Positions 51,832 through 60,684 of a stretch of DNA of 64,000 nucleotides are shown here, piece by piece (within the stretch, counting starts at the first letter, position 1; every line of letters begins with the position of its first letter). A model generated the notes under the pieces. It saw only the letters and a list, made by a program, of their open reading frames with translations, was not told the DNA's origin and did not search any database. The DNA is taken from positions 12,089-76,088 of the forward strand of contig CAYSFB010000006.1 of NCBI GenBank assembly GCA_964430735.1. The letters are read 5' to 3'. The translations under genes were made by a program, and so were the position numbers. The DNA is from an uncultured Planctomycetia bacterium. Lineage in GTDB: Bacteria; Omnitrophota; Gorgyraeia; 2-02-FULL-51-18; JAGOUK01.

Positions 51832-51837
51832 CCACGC

Positions 51838-52287
51838 CTACTTTTTCTTCTTTTTCTTGACGGGAGCGGCCTGCTTTTTATCGGCAGGTGCGGGGGCGGG
51901 AGACGCGGGCTTCGGCGCGGGCGGAGGAACTGCCTGGCGGTTGCCGGCGGCCTTGCGCTGGGCGAAGCATTCCTTGCAATACACGGAGCGGCCTTCGGAA
52001 GGGCGGAACGGCACCTCGCACGGAACCTTGCAGTCCGCGCAGATGGCCTCGAACATCGGCCGCTCGCGGCGCGGAAATTCTTTGGGCGCGTGGTTCTGAA
52101 CGGCCCGGGGCGCCTGCGACGGCGCGGAGCCCTGGGGCCGGGACGCGGTCTGGGCGATCACCACCTCCATTTTGGATTCGAGGCTCACCAGACGGTCCAG
52201 CAGCTTGCCCATCAACCCCTCGAGATAGGGGTCGATGGCGGGCGCGGCGGACTTGGACTTTGATTGGGTCTTGGAAGCTTTTTTCAT
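51838..52287 (-). CDS. hypothetical zinc-ribbon protein with Pro/Lys-rich C-terminal tail
   Basis: About 150 aa from MKKASKTQSK.... CADCKVPC...VYCKECF (CxxC-x16-CxxC). Ends ...PAPADKKQAAPVKKKKKK. Its ATG overlaps the ogt stop (ATGA). Confidence 0.5.
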   Translation of the reverse strand: MKKASKTQSKSKSAAPAIDPYLEGLMGKLLDRLVSLESKMEVVIAQTASRPQGSAPSQAPRAVQNHAPKEFPRRERPMFEAICADCKVPCEVPFRPSEGRSVYCKECFAQRKAAGNRQAVPPPAPKPASPAPAPADKKQAAPVKKKKKK

Positions 52288-52763
52288 GACACTCCTTCGT
52301 GGGTGAGCAGCCGGATCTTGGTTTGAATTCCCCCGGAATACCCTCCGATCGAACCGTCGTTCGAAATGACGCGGTGGCAGGGGACGATGACGCAAAGCGG
52401 GTTCCGGCCGTTGGCGCTGCCGACCGCGCGGACGGCCTTCGGGTTGCGGATACGCCGGGCGATGTCGCGGTACGAACAGGTGCGGCCGTACGGAATCTTT
52501 GAGAGTGCCGACCAGACGGATTTTTGGAATTCGGTTCCGGCCGCATCGAGCGGGACGGTGAACTTCCTGAGTTTGCCGGAAAAATATGCGTCGAGTTCAC
52601 GCGCGGCGCGGGCAAGAATGCGGACTTCGGGCGCGGGGCCGGCGAGAGTCTTGAGCAGCGGGGCTTTTTGCTTCGCAAAAAAGACGCCGGTCAGGCCTTT
52701 GGGCGAAGCGGTGAGGTGGAGCGCGCCGATCTTCGAGGTCATTTTCCACTGGACCGTCTGCAT
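52284..52763 (-). CDS. ogt: methylated-DNA--protein-cysteine methyltransferase
   Basis: 159 aa. Active-site PCHRV. HTH region. Confidence 0.85.
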   Translation of the reverse strand: MQTVQWKMTSKIGALHLTASPKGLTGVFFAKQKAPLLKTLAGPAPEVRILARAARELDAYFSGKLRKFTVPLDAAGTEFQKSVWSALSKIPYGRTCSYRDIARRIRNPKAVRAVGSANGRNPLCVIVPCHRVISNDGSIGGYSGGIQTKIRLLTHEGVS

Positions 52764-52795
52764 GATTTTCTCCCGAATTTGGGTATCATGTTAGC

Positions 52796-54040
52796 ATGAA
52801 AACCATCTCCTCCCGAATCGCCGGATTCAAGCAGCGTCTCCTGAGTCTGAACGACGGAGAACCGCTGAGCGGCCTCTCGCTGGCAATCATCGTCGCGCTC
52901 GACATCTTCGTTTTTTCCATTCTCATGTCCGGACTCGGCAGCCACACCGCCCAGCTCACGTCGCCCGAAGAATACATCCCTTATGTCTGCCGGCAGACGT
53001 TCATCGACCACGAGTGGTCGCCGTCCGACCGCATCACCCAGCTTCAGAACGTGGCGCTTTCCGGCGTTTATCCCTACGATGCATACCGGCTCGAGGAGGA
53101 GTTTGACGCGCGCCGCATCGCGCAGATGCATCCCCAGGCCCGGGAGTTTTTCGAAAAGGTCCGTGGTGTGCGGCAGGACGCGGAACTGTCCCGGTTGTTC
53201 GCCGAGCGCCAGTCGCTGGCGGCCGAGCTGGGGACGCTGAACGCCCGTTTTCAGTCGAGCAAACCCGCGTACGATACGGCGCTGCTGGAGCGGTCCGTCC
53301 GGCAGGGCTCCGAGCCGGCGGCAATGCCGGCGGTGGCGGGGCAGGTCCGGGAGGGGCAGGCAGCGATCGAAGCGGCCGTCGCAAGACTCGCGGCGCTGGA
53401 CCGGAAAATCGACGGGCATCCGGGAGTCCGGGACCTGTGGGCCGTGATCGCGCCCGAAGACGGCGCGCGGCGGACGACCTTGATCGTCGACCTCCGGCGG
53501 TTCGAGTTCAAATACAAAGTGATCGAGCTTCTGTGGCAGATGCTTTTCCTCCTGCCTGTGTTCGCGGCGTTCTGGTTCTGGAACGGCCGCAGCCTCGCTC
53601 GGAAGAACCGGATCCAGACCCTTCTCTCGTCGCACCTGCTGGTCGTCGCGGCGATCCCCATTCTTTTCAAAGCGGTCGAGCTCGTCGTCGACCTCATCCC
53701 GGAGCATTTCTTCAAGGAGCTGTTCAAGGTCCTCAGGGCGATGCACCTCATCGCGCTGTGGCACTTTTTCCTGATCGCGTTTACGGTGGCGGCGGCACTG
53801 ACCGCGATTTACTTCGTCCAAAAAAAGGTTTTTTCCAGGGAGCAGCTGCGGCGGAACCGGCTGGCGGCCGGGCAATGCCATGCGTGCGGCAAGCGGCTCG
53901 CGTCGTGGGCGGGAGCGGCGCATTGCCCGTTGTGCGGAACCGCTCAGCACACGCGCTGCGGCGGCTGCGGCAAGGACACGCCGGCCGCCGGGGACTTCTG
54001 CGCCCATTGCGGCCGGGCCTCCAAAGCGGACGGCCGATGA
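52796..54040 (+). CDS. hypothetical multi-pass membrane protein with C-terminal double zinc ribbon
   Basis: 414 aa. Hydrophobic helices (LAIIVALDIFVFSILM; LLWQMLFLLPVFAAFWFW; HLIALWHFFLIAFTVAAALTAIYFV). CHACGKRL...CPLCG...CGGCG...CAHCG at the C-terminus. The antisense ORF 52739-54007 is Arg-rich and rejected. Confidence 0.55.
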   Translation: MKTISSRIAGFKQRLLSLNDGEPLSGLSLAIIVALDIFVFSILMSGLGSHTAQLTSPEEYIPYVCRQTFIDHEWSPSDRITQLQNVALSGVYPYDAYRLEEEFDARRIAQMHPQAREFFEKVRGVRQDAELSRLFAERQSLAAELGTLNARFQSSKPAYDTALLERSVRQGSEPAAMPAVAGQVREGQAAIEAAVARLAALDRKIDGHPGVRDLWAVIAPEDGARRTTLIVDLRRFEFKYKVIELLWQMLFLLPVFAAFWFWNGRSLARKNRIQTLLSSHLLVVAAIPILFKAVELVVDLIPEHFFKELFKVLRAMHLIALWHFFLIAFTVAAALTAIYFVQKKVFSREQLRRNRLAAGQCHACGKRLASWAGAAHCPLCGTAQHTRCGGCGKDTPAAGDFCAHCGRASKADGR

Positions 54041-55035
54041 GGCGCCGGAAGATCGGGCGGCAGGGATTCGAGATGCCGTCCATCGGCTTGGGCTGCATGG
54101 GGATGAGCTTCGCCTACGGCCAGGCCGACGAAGCGGAGTCGCTGCGGACGCTCGAGCGCGCTCTCGATCTCGGCATGGATCACTGGGACACCGCGGAAAT
54201 CTACGGGCCCTTCAAGAACGAAACGCTCATCGGGCGCTTCCTCGCCGCTTCGCCCGGCCGCCGCAAGCGGGTGACGCTTGCGACCAAATTCGCTTGGCGA
54301 TTCTCGCCGGAAGGGGAGCGGCTCGGACTCGACGGTAGCGCCGCCAACCTGCGCCGCGCGATCGAGGGCTCGCTCAAGCGGCTCGGCACCGACCACGTCG
54401 AACTTTATTATCATCACCGCAACGACCCGCAGGTTCCGATCGAAGAAACGGTGGGCGCGATGGCGGAGCTGGTGCTCGAGGGCAAGGTGCGTTTTCTAGG
54501 ACTGTCCGAAGTCGGACCCGAAACGCTGCGGCGCGCGCATGCGGTCCATCCGATCACGGCGCTCCAGAGCGAATATTCCCTCTGGCATGTGCCGCTGCGG
54601 GAGCGGATGCTGCCGGTATTGCGGGAGCTCGGAATCGGCCTGGTCGCCTACAGCCCGGTGGGCCGGGGATTTTTGACGGGCGTCGTGAAGCCCGCGGAGG
54701 AAATGGGCCGGGACGACATCCGGCGGACGTTTCCGCGCTTCCAGAAGGAACACGCCGCCGCCAACCTCCGGCTGGTGGACGCGCTGCGCCGGTTCGCCGA
54801 GGAAAAAAACGCCACGGTTCCGCAGCTGTGCATCGCGTGGCTGTTGGAGCAGGGGGACGACATCGTCACGATTCCGGGAACGACCCGGGTGGACCATCTC
54901 GAAGAGGACGCGGCCGCCGACCGGCTCCGGCTGTCAGAGGGCGATATGGAAGCGGTCGAAAAAATTTTGAGGGACTATCCGGTGAGCGGACCGAGACTGC
55001 CCGAAGGCATGATGCGACTGATCAATACCGTTTGA
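54037..55035 (+). CDS. aldo/keto reductase
   Basis: 332 aa from MRRRKIGRQGFEMPSIGLGCMGMS.... AKR catalytic tetrad context (DTAEIYG, HVELYYHHR). Its start overlaps the upstream gene stop (ATGA). The track ORF extends upstream to 53437 without support. Confidence 0.85.
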   Translation: MRRRKIGRQGFEMPSIGLGCMGMSFAYGQADEAESLRTLERALDLGMDHWDTAEIYGPFKNETLIGRFLAASPGRRKRVTLATKFAWRFSPEGERLGLDGSAANLRRAIEGSLKRLGTDHVELYYHHRNDPQVPIEETVGAMAELVLEGKVRFLGLSEVGPETLRRAHAVHPITALQSEYSLWHVPLRERMLPVLRELGIGLVAYSPVGRGFLTGVVKPAEEMGRDDIRRTFPRFQKEHAAANLRLVDALRRFAEEKNATVPQLCIAWLLEQGDDIVTIPGTTRVDHLEEDAAADRLRLSEGDMEAVEKILRDYPVSGPRLPEGMMRLINTV

Positions 55036-56074
55036 GGAGCGCGCCGTAGGCCGAGAACCCCGCGCCAAACGCGGCCATCAGGGCCAGGTCGCCTTTTTTG
55101 ACGCGGCGATTTTTCCAGATCCTCTCCAGGACAAAAACGACGGACGGCGACGACATGTTGCCGTAGTCGAAAAGCACGCCCCGCGAATCGGCGAGCGCCG
55201 CGGCGTCGAGGTTCAGCGCGTCCTGGATGCGGTCGAGGACTTTCTTGCCGCCGGGATGGATCGCCCAGTGACGGATCTGCTCCTGCGTGACGCCGTGTTT
55301 GCGGAAGAGGGCCGAGGTGAGCTCGCGGGTGATCTGGGCCGCGGTGTCGGGCACCGCGGGCTTGATGACGTTGCGGAGCCGCGAATCCTCGGTCTTAAAG
55401 CGCAGAAGTTCGCGGTGGCGCGGCTCGACCCGGGATTCGAATCCGAGCACTTGGAATCCGCGCGCGTTCTTTTTATTGGTGAGAAGCGCGGCGGAGGAGC
55501 CGTCGCCGAAGATCGAATTCGAAAGGATCAGCTCCGGGTCGTCGCCCCAGAAAATGGCCGAAGAGCAGATTTCGGTCGAGACCATGAGTGCGTACGAGTC
55601 CGGATTGGCGCTCAGATAATTGTGGCAGGTCTGCAGAACCGGCAGCGCTCCGCCGCAACCCATGCCGGCCAGGTCCACCGCGTAAATACCGCTTTTCAGA
55701 CCGCAGCGCTCGATCACGTGCGACGTCAGGCCCGGGCAGATATAACCGGTGCAGGTCGAGATCGCGATGCAGCCGATTTTTTCTCTGGGGACGCCGGATT
55801 TGCGGATACACTTTTCCACAGCCGCCGCGGAGAGCTTCGCCGCAGCCTCTTCGAACCGGTGAATCAGAATGTTCTGGTCTTCGGCGAAGAAGTCATCGAA
55901 GCTTTGGACTGAAAAGTGGCGCGTCTGGATCCCCTTGTCCTTAAGGAATCGGTGGTACAGTACTTTTTCGATCTTAGAAAGCTTGCGCTTCTTCGACAGC
56001 GTCGTCAGGACCGTTTCCTGGCTGAGCCGGAAGGGGGGATTGGCGGTGGCGATGTCGGTCAGGGTGACAATCAT
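55022..56074 (-). CDS. type III polyketide synthase (chalcone/stilbene synthase family)
   Basis: 350 aa. Catalytic Cys in GMGCGGALPVL, His in HWAIHPGGKKVLD, Asn in GNMSSPSVVF. Its 3' end overlaps the AKR 3' end by 14 nt; the two genes are convergent. Confidence 0.85.
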   Translation of the reverse strand: MIVTLTDIATANPPFRLSQETVLTTLSKKRKLSKIEKVLYHRFLKDKGIQTRHFSVQSFDDFFAEDQNILIHRFEEAAAKLSAAAVEKCIRKSGVPREKIGCIAISTCTGYICPGLTSHVIERCGLKSGIYAVDLAGMGCGGALPVLQTCHNYLSANPDSYALMVSTEICSSAIFWGDDPELILSNSIFGDGSSAALLTNKKNARGFQVLGFESRVEPRHRELLRFKTEDSRLRNVIKPAVPDTAAQITRELTSALFRKHGVTQEQIRHWAIHPGGKKVLDRIQDALNLDAAALADSRGVLFDYGNMSSPSVVFVLERIWKNRRVKKGDLALMAAFGAGFSAYGALLKRY

Positions 56075-56130
56075 CGGGATAGTCTACTTGGGTACGCTAT
56101 GAATCACAACCAACATATAAAGGAGAACTT

Positions 56131-56553
56131 ATGATCCGCAAAGCATCAGCCGTCTGGAACGGCGGACTCAAGGACGGAAAAGGACGTGTTTCGACGGAAA
56201 GCGGCGTCTTGGCCGACACCCAGTATTCGTTCGGCACGCGGTTTGAGAGCGGAAAAGGGACGAATCCTGAGGAGCTCATCGCGGCGGCGCATGCGGGCTG
56301 CTTCTCGATGGCACTTTCGGCGCAGCTTGGCAATGCGGGCCTCACCCCGGAGAGCATCGCCACCTCGGCGGATCTCACGATGGAAAAGCTAGATACCGGC
56401 TGGGCGGTGACGAAGGTGCATTTGACCGTCAAAGCCAAGGTGCCCGGCGCGGACAAGGCCAAATTTGATACGGCTGCCGGCAATGCCAAGGATGGTTGTC
56501 CGATCTCAAAATTGCTTAAAGCGGCCATTACGATGGACGCACAACTCATTTAA
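56131..56553 (+). CDS. osmC: OsmC/Ohr-family peroxiredoxin
   Basis: 140 aa. Two conserved Cys (AGCFSM and DGCPIS). Confidence 0.85.
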   Translation: MIRKASAVWNGGLKDGKGRVSTESGVLADTQYSFGTRFESGKGTNPEELIAAAHAGCFSMALSAQLGNAGLTPESIATSADLTMEKLDTGWAVTKVHLTVKAKVPGADKAKFDTAAGNAKDGCPISKLLKAAITMDAQLI

Positions 56554-56773
56554 TTTAAATGAGTTACGAATAATTAGTCGACAAAATATGAATCTTGGAA
56601 TCCGGCGGGGTTCCGGGTTTAATTTTTCCGAAACATATTCGTAACATGGGGGAGTAAACTTGGGGGCTCGTGTTGTGAAATAAGGCGAACGGCGTTATCA
56701 TAACGCGGCCCCTGATTGACCCCGACCGATTTTGTTCCGAGAAACGTTCAAGAAAAACGAAGTGGAGAGCAGT

Positions 56774-58951
56774 ATGTCTACCTTACAGGAAGCAAAACAA
56801 CTCATGCACACCAACGGAAGCGGCGCGCGCAAAGCCATCAACAGCAAGGACATCACCCAGGTTTTTGGATCGAATGTCTTCAACGACAAGGTGATGCGCG
56901 AGCGCCTTCCGAAAGAGACGTACAAGGCCCTCCGCAAGACCATCGAGCAGGGCGAAAAGCTCACGCTCGAAGTCGCCAACGTCGTCGCCAACGCGATGAA
57001 GGACTGGGCGATCGAAAAGGGCGCGACCCACTACACGCACTGGTTCCAGCCCCTCACCGGCATCACCGCCGAAAAGCATGATTCGTTCATCTCCGCTCCG
57101 ACCGAAGACGGCACCGTCATCATGGAATTCTCCGGCAAGCAGCTCATTCAGGGCGAGCCGGACGCGTCGTCGTTCCCGTCGGGCGGCCTGCGCGCAACCT
57201 TCGAAGCCCGCGGTTACACCGCGTGGGACTGCACGTCTCCGGCCTTCCTGAAGGAAGACGCCGTCGGTTACGTGACCCTCTGCATCCCGACCGCGTTCTG
57301 CTCCTACACCGGCGAAGCGCTGGACAAGAAGACCCCGATGCTGCGCTCGATGGAAGCCGTTTCGAAGCAGGCCGTGCGCGTGCTGCGCGCTCTCGGCAAC
57401 ACGACGGTCACCCGCGTGACGTCGACGGTCGGTCCCGAGCAGGAATACTTCCTGATCGACAAGAAGTTTGTCGACCAGCGCACGGATATTTTGGCCGCCG
57501 GCCGCACGCTCTTCGGCGCGCCCGCGCCCAAAGGGCAGGAGCTTGAAGATCAGTACTTCGGCTCGATCCGCGACCGTATTTCCCGCTTCATGCACGACCT
57601 CGACATGGAGCTCTGGAAGATGGGCGTGTCCGCCAAGACCAAGCACAACGAAGTGGCCCCCGCGCAGTTTGAGCTGGCGCCCATCTTCTCGACGACCAAC
57701 ATCGCCGCCGACCACAACCAGCTCGTCATGGAGACGATGCAGAAGGTGGCGCTCCGTCACGGCCTCGTCTGCCTCCTGCACGAGAAGCCGTTCGCGGGCG
57801 TGAACGGTTCGGGCAAGCACAACAACTGGTCGCTCGGCACCGACGACGGCCAGAATCTGCTTGAGCCGGGCAAGACCCCGCACGACAACGAGCAGTTCCT
57901 GCTCTTCTGCGCCGCGATCATCAAGGCGGTCGACACGCACGCGGACCTGCTGCGCGCCGGCGCCGCCAACACCGGAAACGACCTGCGCCTGGGCGCCAAT
58001 GAGGCCCCTCCCGCGATCATCTCGGTGTTCATGGGCGAAGAGCTCTCGGACATCCTGTTCAGCCTGGCCAAGGGCAAGGAAGCCAAGTCGAAGGGTCAGC
58101 ACTATCTGAACATCGGCGCGGATTCGCTCCCGGCCCTTCCGAAGGACAACACGGATCGCAACCGCACGTCGCCCTTCGCGTTCACCGGCAACAAGTTCGA
58201 ATTCCGCATGGTTCCCGCGTCGATTTCGATCTCCGGCCCGAACGTGATCCTCAACACGATCACCGCCGAAGCCCTGGACGAAGTCGCCACGCGCCTGGAG
58301 AAGTCCAAGGACGTCGACAAGGAAGTCGCCGCGATCATCAAGGAGTACATCTCCAAGTACGGACGCGTCATCTTCAACGGCAACAACTACTCGGAAGAGT
58401 GGGTCAAGGAAGCCAAGAAGCGCGGCCTGCCGAACATCTCCTCGATGGTCGAAGCCATGGAATGCGTCACGCTTCCGGAAAAGGTGAAGATGTTCGAGAA
58501 GTACAAGGTGCTTTCGAGCGTCGAACTCCATGCGCGCCAGGAAGTGTATCTTGAGAAGTACTGCAAAGACATCCACATCGAAGCCAAGGCGTCGATCGAG
58601 ATGGTCAACCGCCAGTACATCCCGGCCGTCATCAAGTACACGGGTCAGCTGGCCCAGGTTGTTGCGAGTCTGAAGGCCGCCGGCGCGATCGCGCAGGCGA
58701 CCGTCCAGAAGAGCATCCTCGCCGAAGTGTCGAAGCTTCTCACCTCCGCCCAGAAAAAGGCGGAAGCGCTCGAGGCCGCGACGCTGAAGGCTCAGGAAAC
58801 CTCCGACACGCACGCGAAGGCCAAGGCCTTCCGTGACAAGGTGGTGCCCGCCCAGCTTGCCGTGCGCGCCGACATCGACGCGCTTGAGCGGATCGTGCCC
58901 ACCGAGCTGTGGCCCGTTCCCTCGTACGCGGACATGCTCTTCAAGCTCTAA
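56774..58951 (+). CDS. glnN: glutamine synthetase type III
   Basis: About 725 aa from the ATG preceded by GGAGAG ([15 protein letters not shown]...). GSIII N-terminal [11 protein letters not shown] motif. Catalytic core present. The track uses an upstream TTG at 56732. Confidence 0.9.
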   Translation: MSTLQEAKQLMHTNGSGARKAINSKDITQVFGSNVFNDKVMRERLPKETYKALRKTIEQGEKLTLEVANVVANAMKDWAIEKGATHYTHWFQPLTGITAEKHDSFISAPTEDGTVIMEFSGKQLIQGEPDASSFPSGGLRATFEARGYTAWDCTSPAFLKEDAVGYVTLCIPTAFCSYTGEALDKKTPMLRSMEAVSKQAVRVLRALGNTTVTRVTSTVGPEQEYFLIDKKFVDQRTDILAAGRTLFGAPAPKGQELEDQYFGSIRDRISRFMHDLDMELWKMGVSAKTKHNEVAPAQFELAPIFSTTNIAADHNQLVMETMQKVALRHGLVCLLHEKPFAGVNGSGKHNNWSLGTDDGQNLLEPGKTPHDNEQFLLFCAAIIKAVDTHADLLRAGAANTGNDLRLGANEAPPAIISVFMGEELSDILFSLAKGKEAKSKGQHYLNIGADSLPALPKDNTDRNRTSPFAFTGNKFEFRMVPASISISGPNVILNTITAEALDEVATRLEKSKDVDKEVAAIIKEYISKYGRVIFNGNNYSEEWVKEAKKRGLPNISSMVEAMECVTLPEKVKMFEKYKVLSSVELHARQEVYLEKYCKDIHIEAKASIEMVNRQYIPAVIKYTGQLAQVVASLKAAGAIAQATVQKSILAEVSKLLTSAQKKAEALEAATLKAQETSDTHAKAKAFRDKVVPAQLAVRADIDALERIVPTELWPVPSYADMLFKL

Positions 58952-58983
58952 TCGGCTGAAGACTGACCGGATCCGTTTACAGC

Positions 58984-59033
58984 GGCCGGCATGGAGCTCC
59001 CTGAAGGGAAAACTCTATGCCGGCCGTTTTTTT
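58984..59033 (+). terminator. Rho-independent terminator after glnN (stem ggccggcat/atgccggcc, loop, then TTTTTTT)
   Basis: Read directly: ggccggcatggagctccctgaagggaaaactctatgccggccgttttttt. Confidence 0.6.
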
Positions 59034-59051
59034 GCCTGTAAAATCCTCCCC

Positions 59052-59375
59052 ATGATCCAAGACATCCTCGCCTGGTTTGTCATCCTGATCGGTATCTGGT
59101 GGGCCGTTCAGCCTACCGTCCTGCGGGGCGCCATGACCCGTAAAACCAGCTGGCAGATGTTCCTCCTGTCCGCCTGGCTCATCCTGTTGCCGCTCCTGTC
59201 GATGGGAAAAAAGCTCGGTCTCATTGGCGCCGTCCTCATCCTCGTTCTTTTTTGGATTGTTATTTCCCGGCTGAACGACGGGATCCGGACCGCGTTCGGA
59301 AAGGTCCCGCTCGTTTACTTCCAAGCCATCGGAGTCGCCAACATCATCGGCGGCATCCTGATGCTGCGGTACTAG
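59052..59375 (+). CDS. small hypothetical membrane protein (about 107 aa, 3 predicted TM helices)
   Basis: Internal ATG (MIQDILAWFVILIGIWWAV...). Hydrophobic helices. The upstream part of the track ORF is Cys/Ser/Pro-rich with no recognisable similarity. Confidence 0.45.
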   Translation: MIQDILAWFVILIGIWWAVQPTVLRGAMTRKTSWQMFLLSAWLILLPLLSMGKKLGLIGAVLILVLFWIVISRLNDGIRTAFGKVPLVYFQAIGVANIIGGILMLRY

Positions 59376-59403
59376 CCCCTGCGGGGAAAGGTATAATGTC
59401 CGG

Positions 59404-60684
59404 ATGACTTTTTCTGTTCCGGCTCCGCAAGACCGGCGCCACTTTCTGGACGCGCTCCGGGTTCCGGAGATCCGGCTCTTTTTGGGCGCGGTCGGGTTTT
59501 ACTCGATGGGCAGCCGGGCGCTTTTGGTCGTGATCGGCTTCCAGGTGTACCAGCTCACGCATAGCGCGATGGCGCTCGGATGGCTGGGGTTGGTCGAGGC
59601 GATTCCGGCGTTGCTGCTGGTGTTGTTCGGCGGGTATGTGGCCGACCGGCACGACCGGCGCAAAATCCTGCTCGTCACGCGGGCCGTCTCGGTCGCCTGC
59701 GCCGTGGCGTTGGCGCTTTTTTCCTGGAAGGGATCCGCGGAGACCATCGGATGGTTGTACGCGGTTGTGTTCGCGGCGGGGATCGCGCGCGGGTTCTCGG
59801 ATCCGGCGGGCACTGCGTTTGAGGCGCAGGTCGTGCCAAAGCATCTGACCGTCAACGCCGCTTCGTGGATTTCCAGCACGTGGCTGTCGAGCTGGGCGGT
59901 CGGAGCGGCCGCGATCGGATTCGTGTATGACGCCTTCGGCCCTTCGGCCGCGTACGCGGTCATCGCCGTCTGCTTCGCCGCTTCCTGGATCTGCACCTGG
60001 CGGATCGCACCCAAGCAGACCTCGTTTAAGAGCTCGTCCGAAGCCAAGGGCATCCCGGCCATCGTTCATGATATGTTCGAGGGCTGGAAATTCGTTTTTT
60101 CGCGCCAACCACTCTGGGGGGCTTTGGCGCTGGATCTTTTTGCGGTGCTGTTCGGAGGCGCGATCGCGATCCTGCCGATCTTTGCGCACGACATCCTGCA
60201 GGTGGGCGCGCGCGGACTGGGGCTTTTGAACGCATCGGCCCAGCTGGGCGCGCTCACCGTGACGCTCCTGGCGACGCACCGGCCGCCGATCGCGCGCGCC
60301 GGCCGCAACCTGCTGTTGGCCGTCGCCGGGTTCGGCGTGAGCATGATCGTGTTCGCATTTTCGAAGAACTTCTGGCTGTCGATGATCGCGCTGTTCGCAA
60401 GCGGCGTATTCGACGGCGTGAGCGTCGTAATCCGACGGTCGATGGTGCGCCTCCTGTCGCCGGACCATTTGCGCGGACGCATCGCGGCGGCCAACTGGGT
60501 GTTCGTCTGTTCGTCCAACGAATTGGGCGCGCTCGAATCCGGGATGCTGGCCGCCTGGATCGGCGCGGTTCCGTGCGTCGCTGCCGGCGGCGTTGTGACG
60601 CTGGCCATCGTCGGAGTGACGGCGCTGGCGGCCCGGCAATTGAGGGAGCTGAGGTTCGATCCCCAAACGATGAATACAAAATGA
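59404..60684 (+). CDS. MFS transporter
   Basis: 426 aa, 12 predicted TM segments. MFS signature GGYVADRHDRRKILL after TM2. Confidence 0.8.
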   Translation: MTFSVPAPQDRRHFLDALRVPEIRLFLGAVGFYSMGSRALLVVIGFQVYQLTHSAMALGWLGLVEAIPALLLVLFGGYVADRHDRRKILLVTRAVSVACAVALALFSWKGSAETIGWLYAVVFAAGIARGFSDPAGTAFEAQVVPKHLTVNAASWISSTWLSSWAVGAAAIGFVYDAFGPSAAYAVIAVCFAASWICTWRIAPKQTSFKSSSEAKGIPAIVHDMFEGWKFVFSRQPLWGALALDLFAVLFGGAIAILPIFAHDILQVGARGLGLLNASAQLGALTVTLLATHRPPIARAGRNLLLAVAGFGVSMIVFAFSKNFWLSMIALFASGVFDGVSVVIRRSMVRLLSPDHLRGRIAAANWVFVCSSNELGALESGMLAAWIGAVPCVAAGGVVTLAIVGVTALAARQLRELRFDPQTMNTK

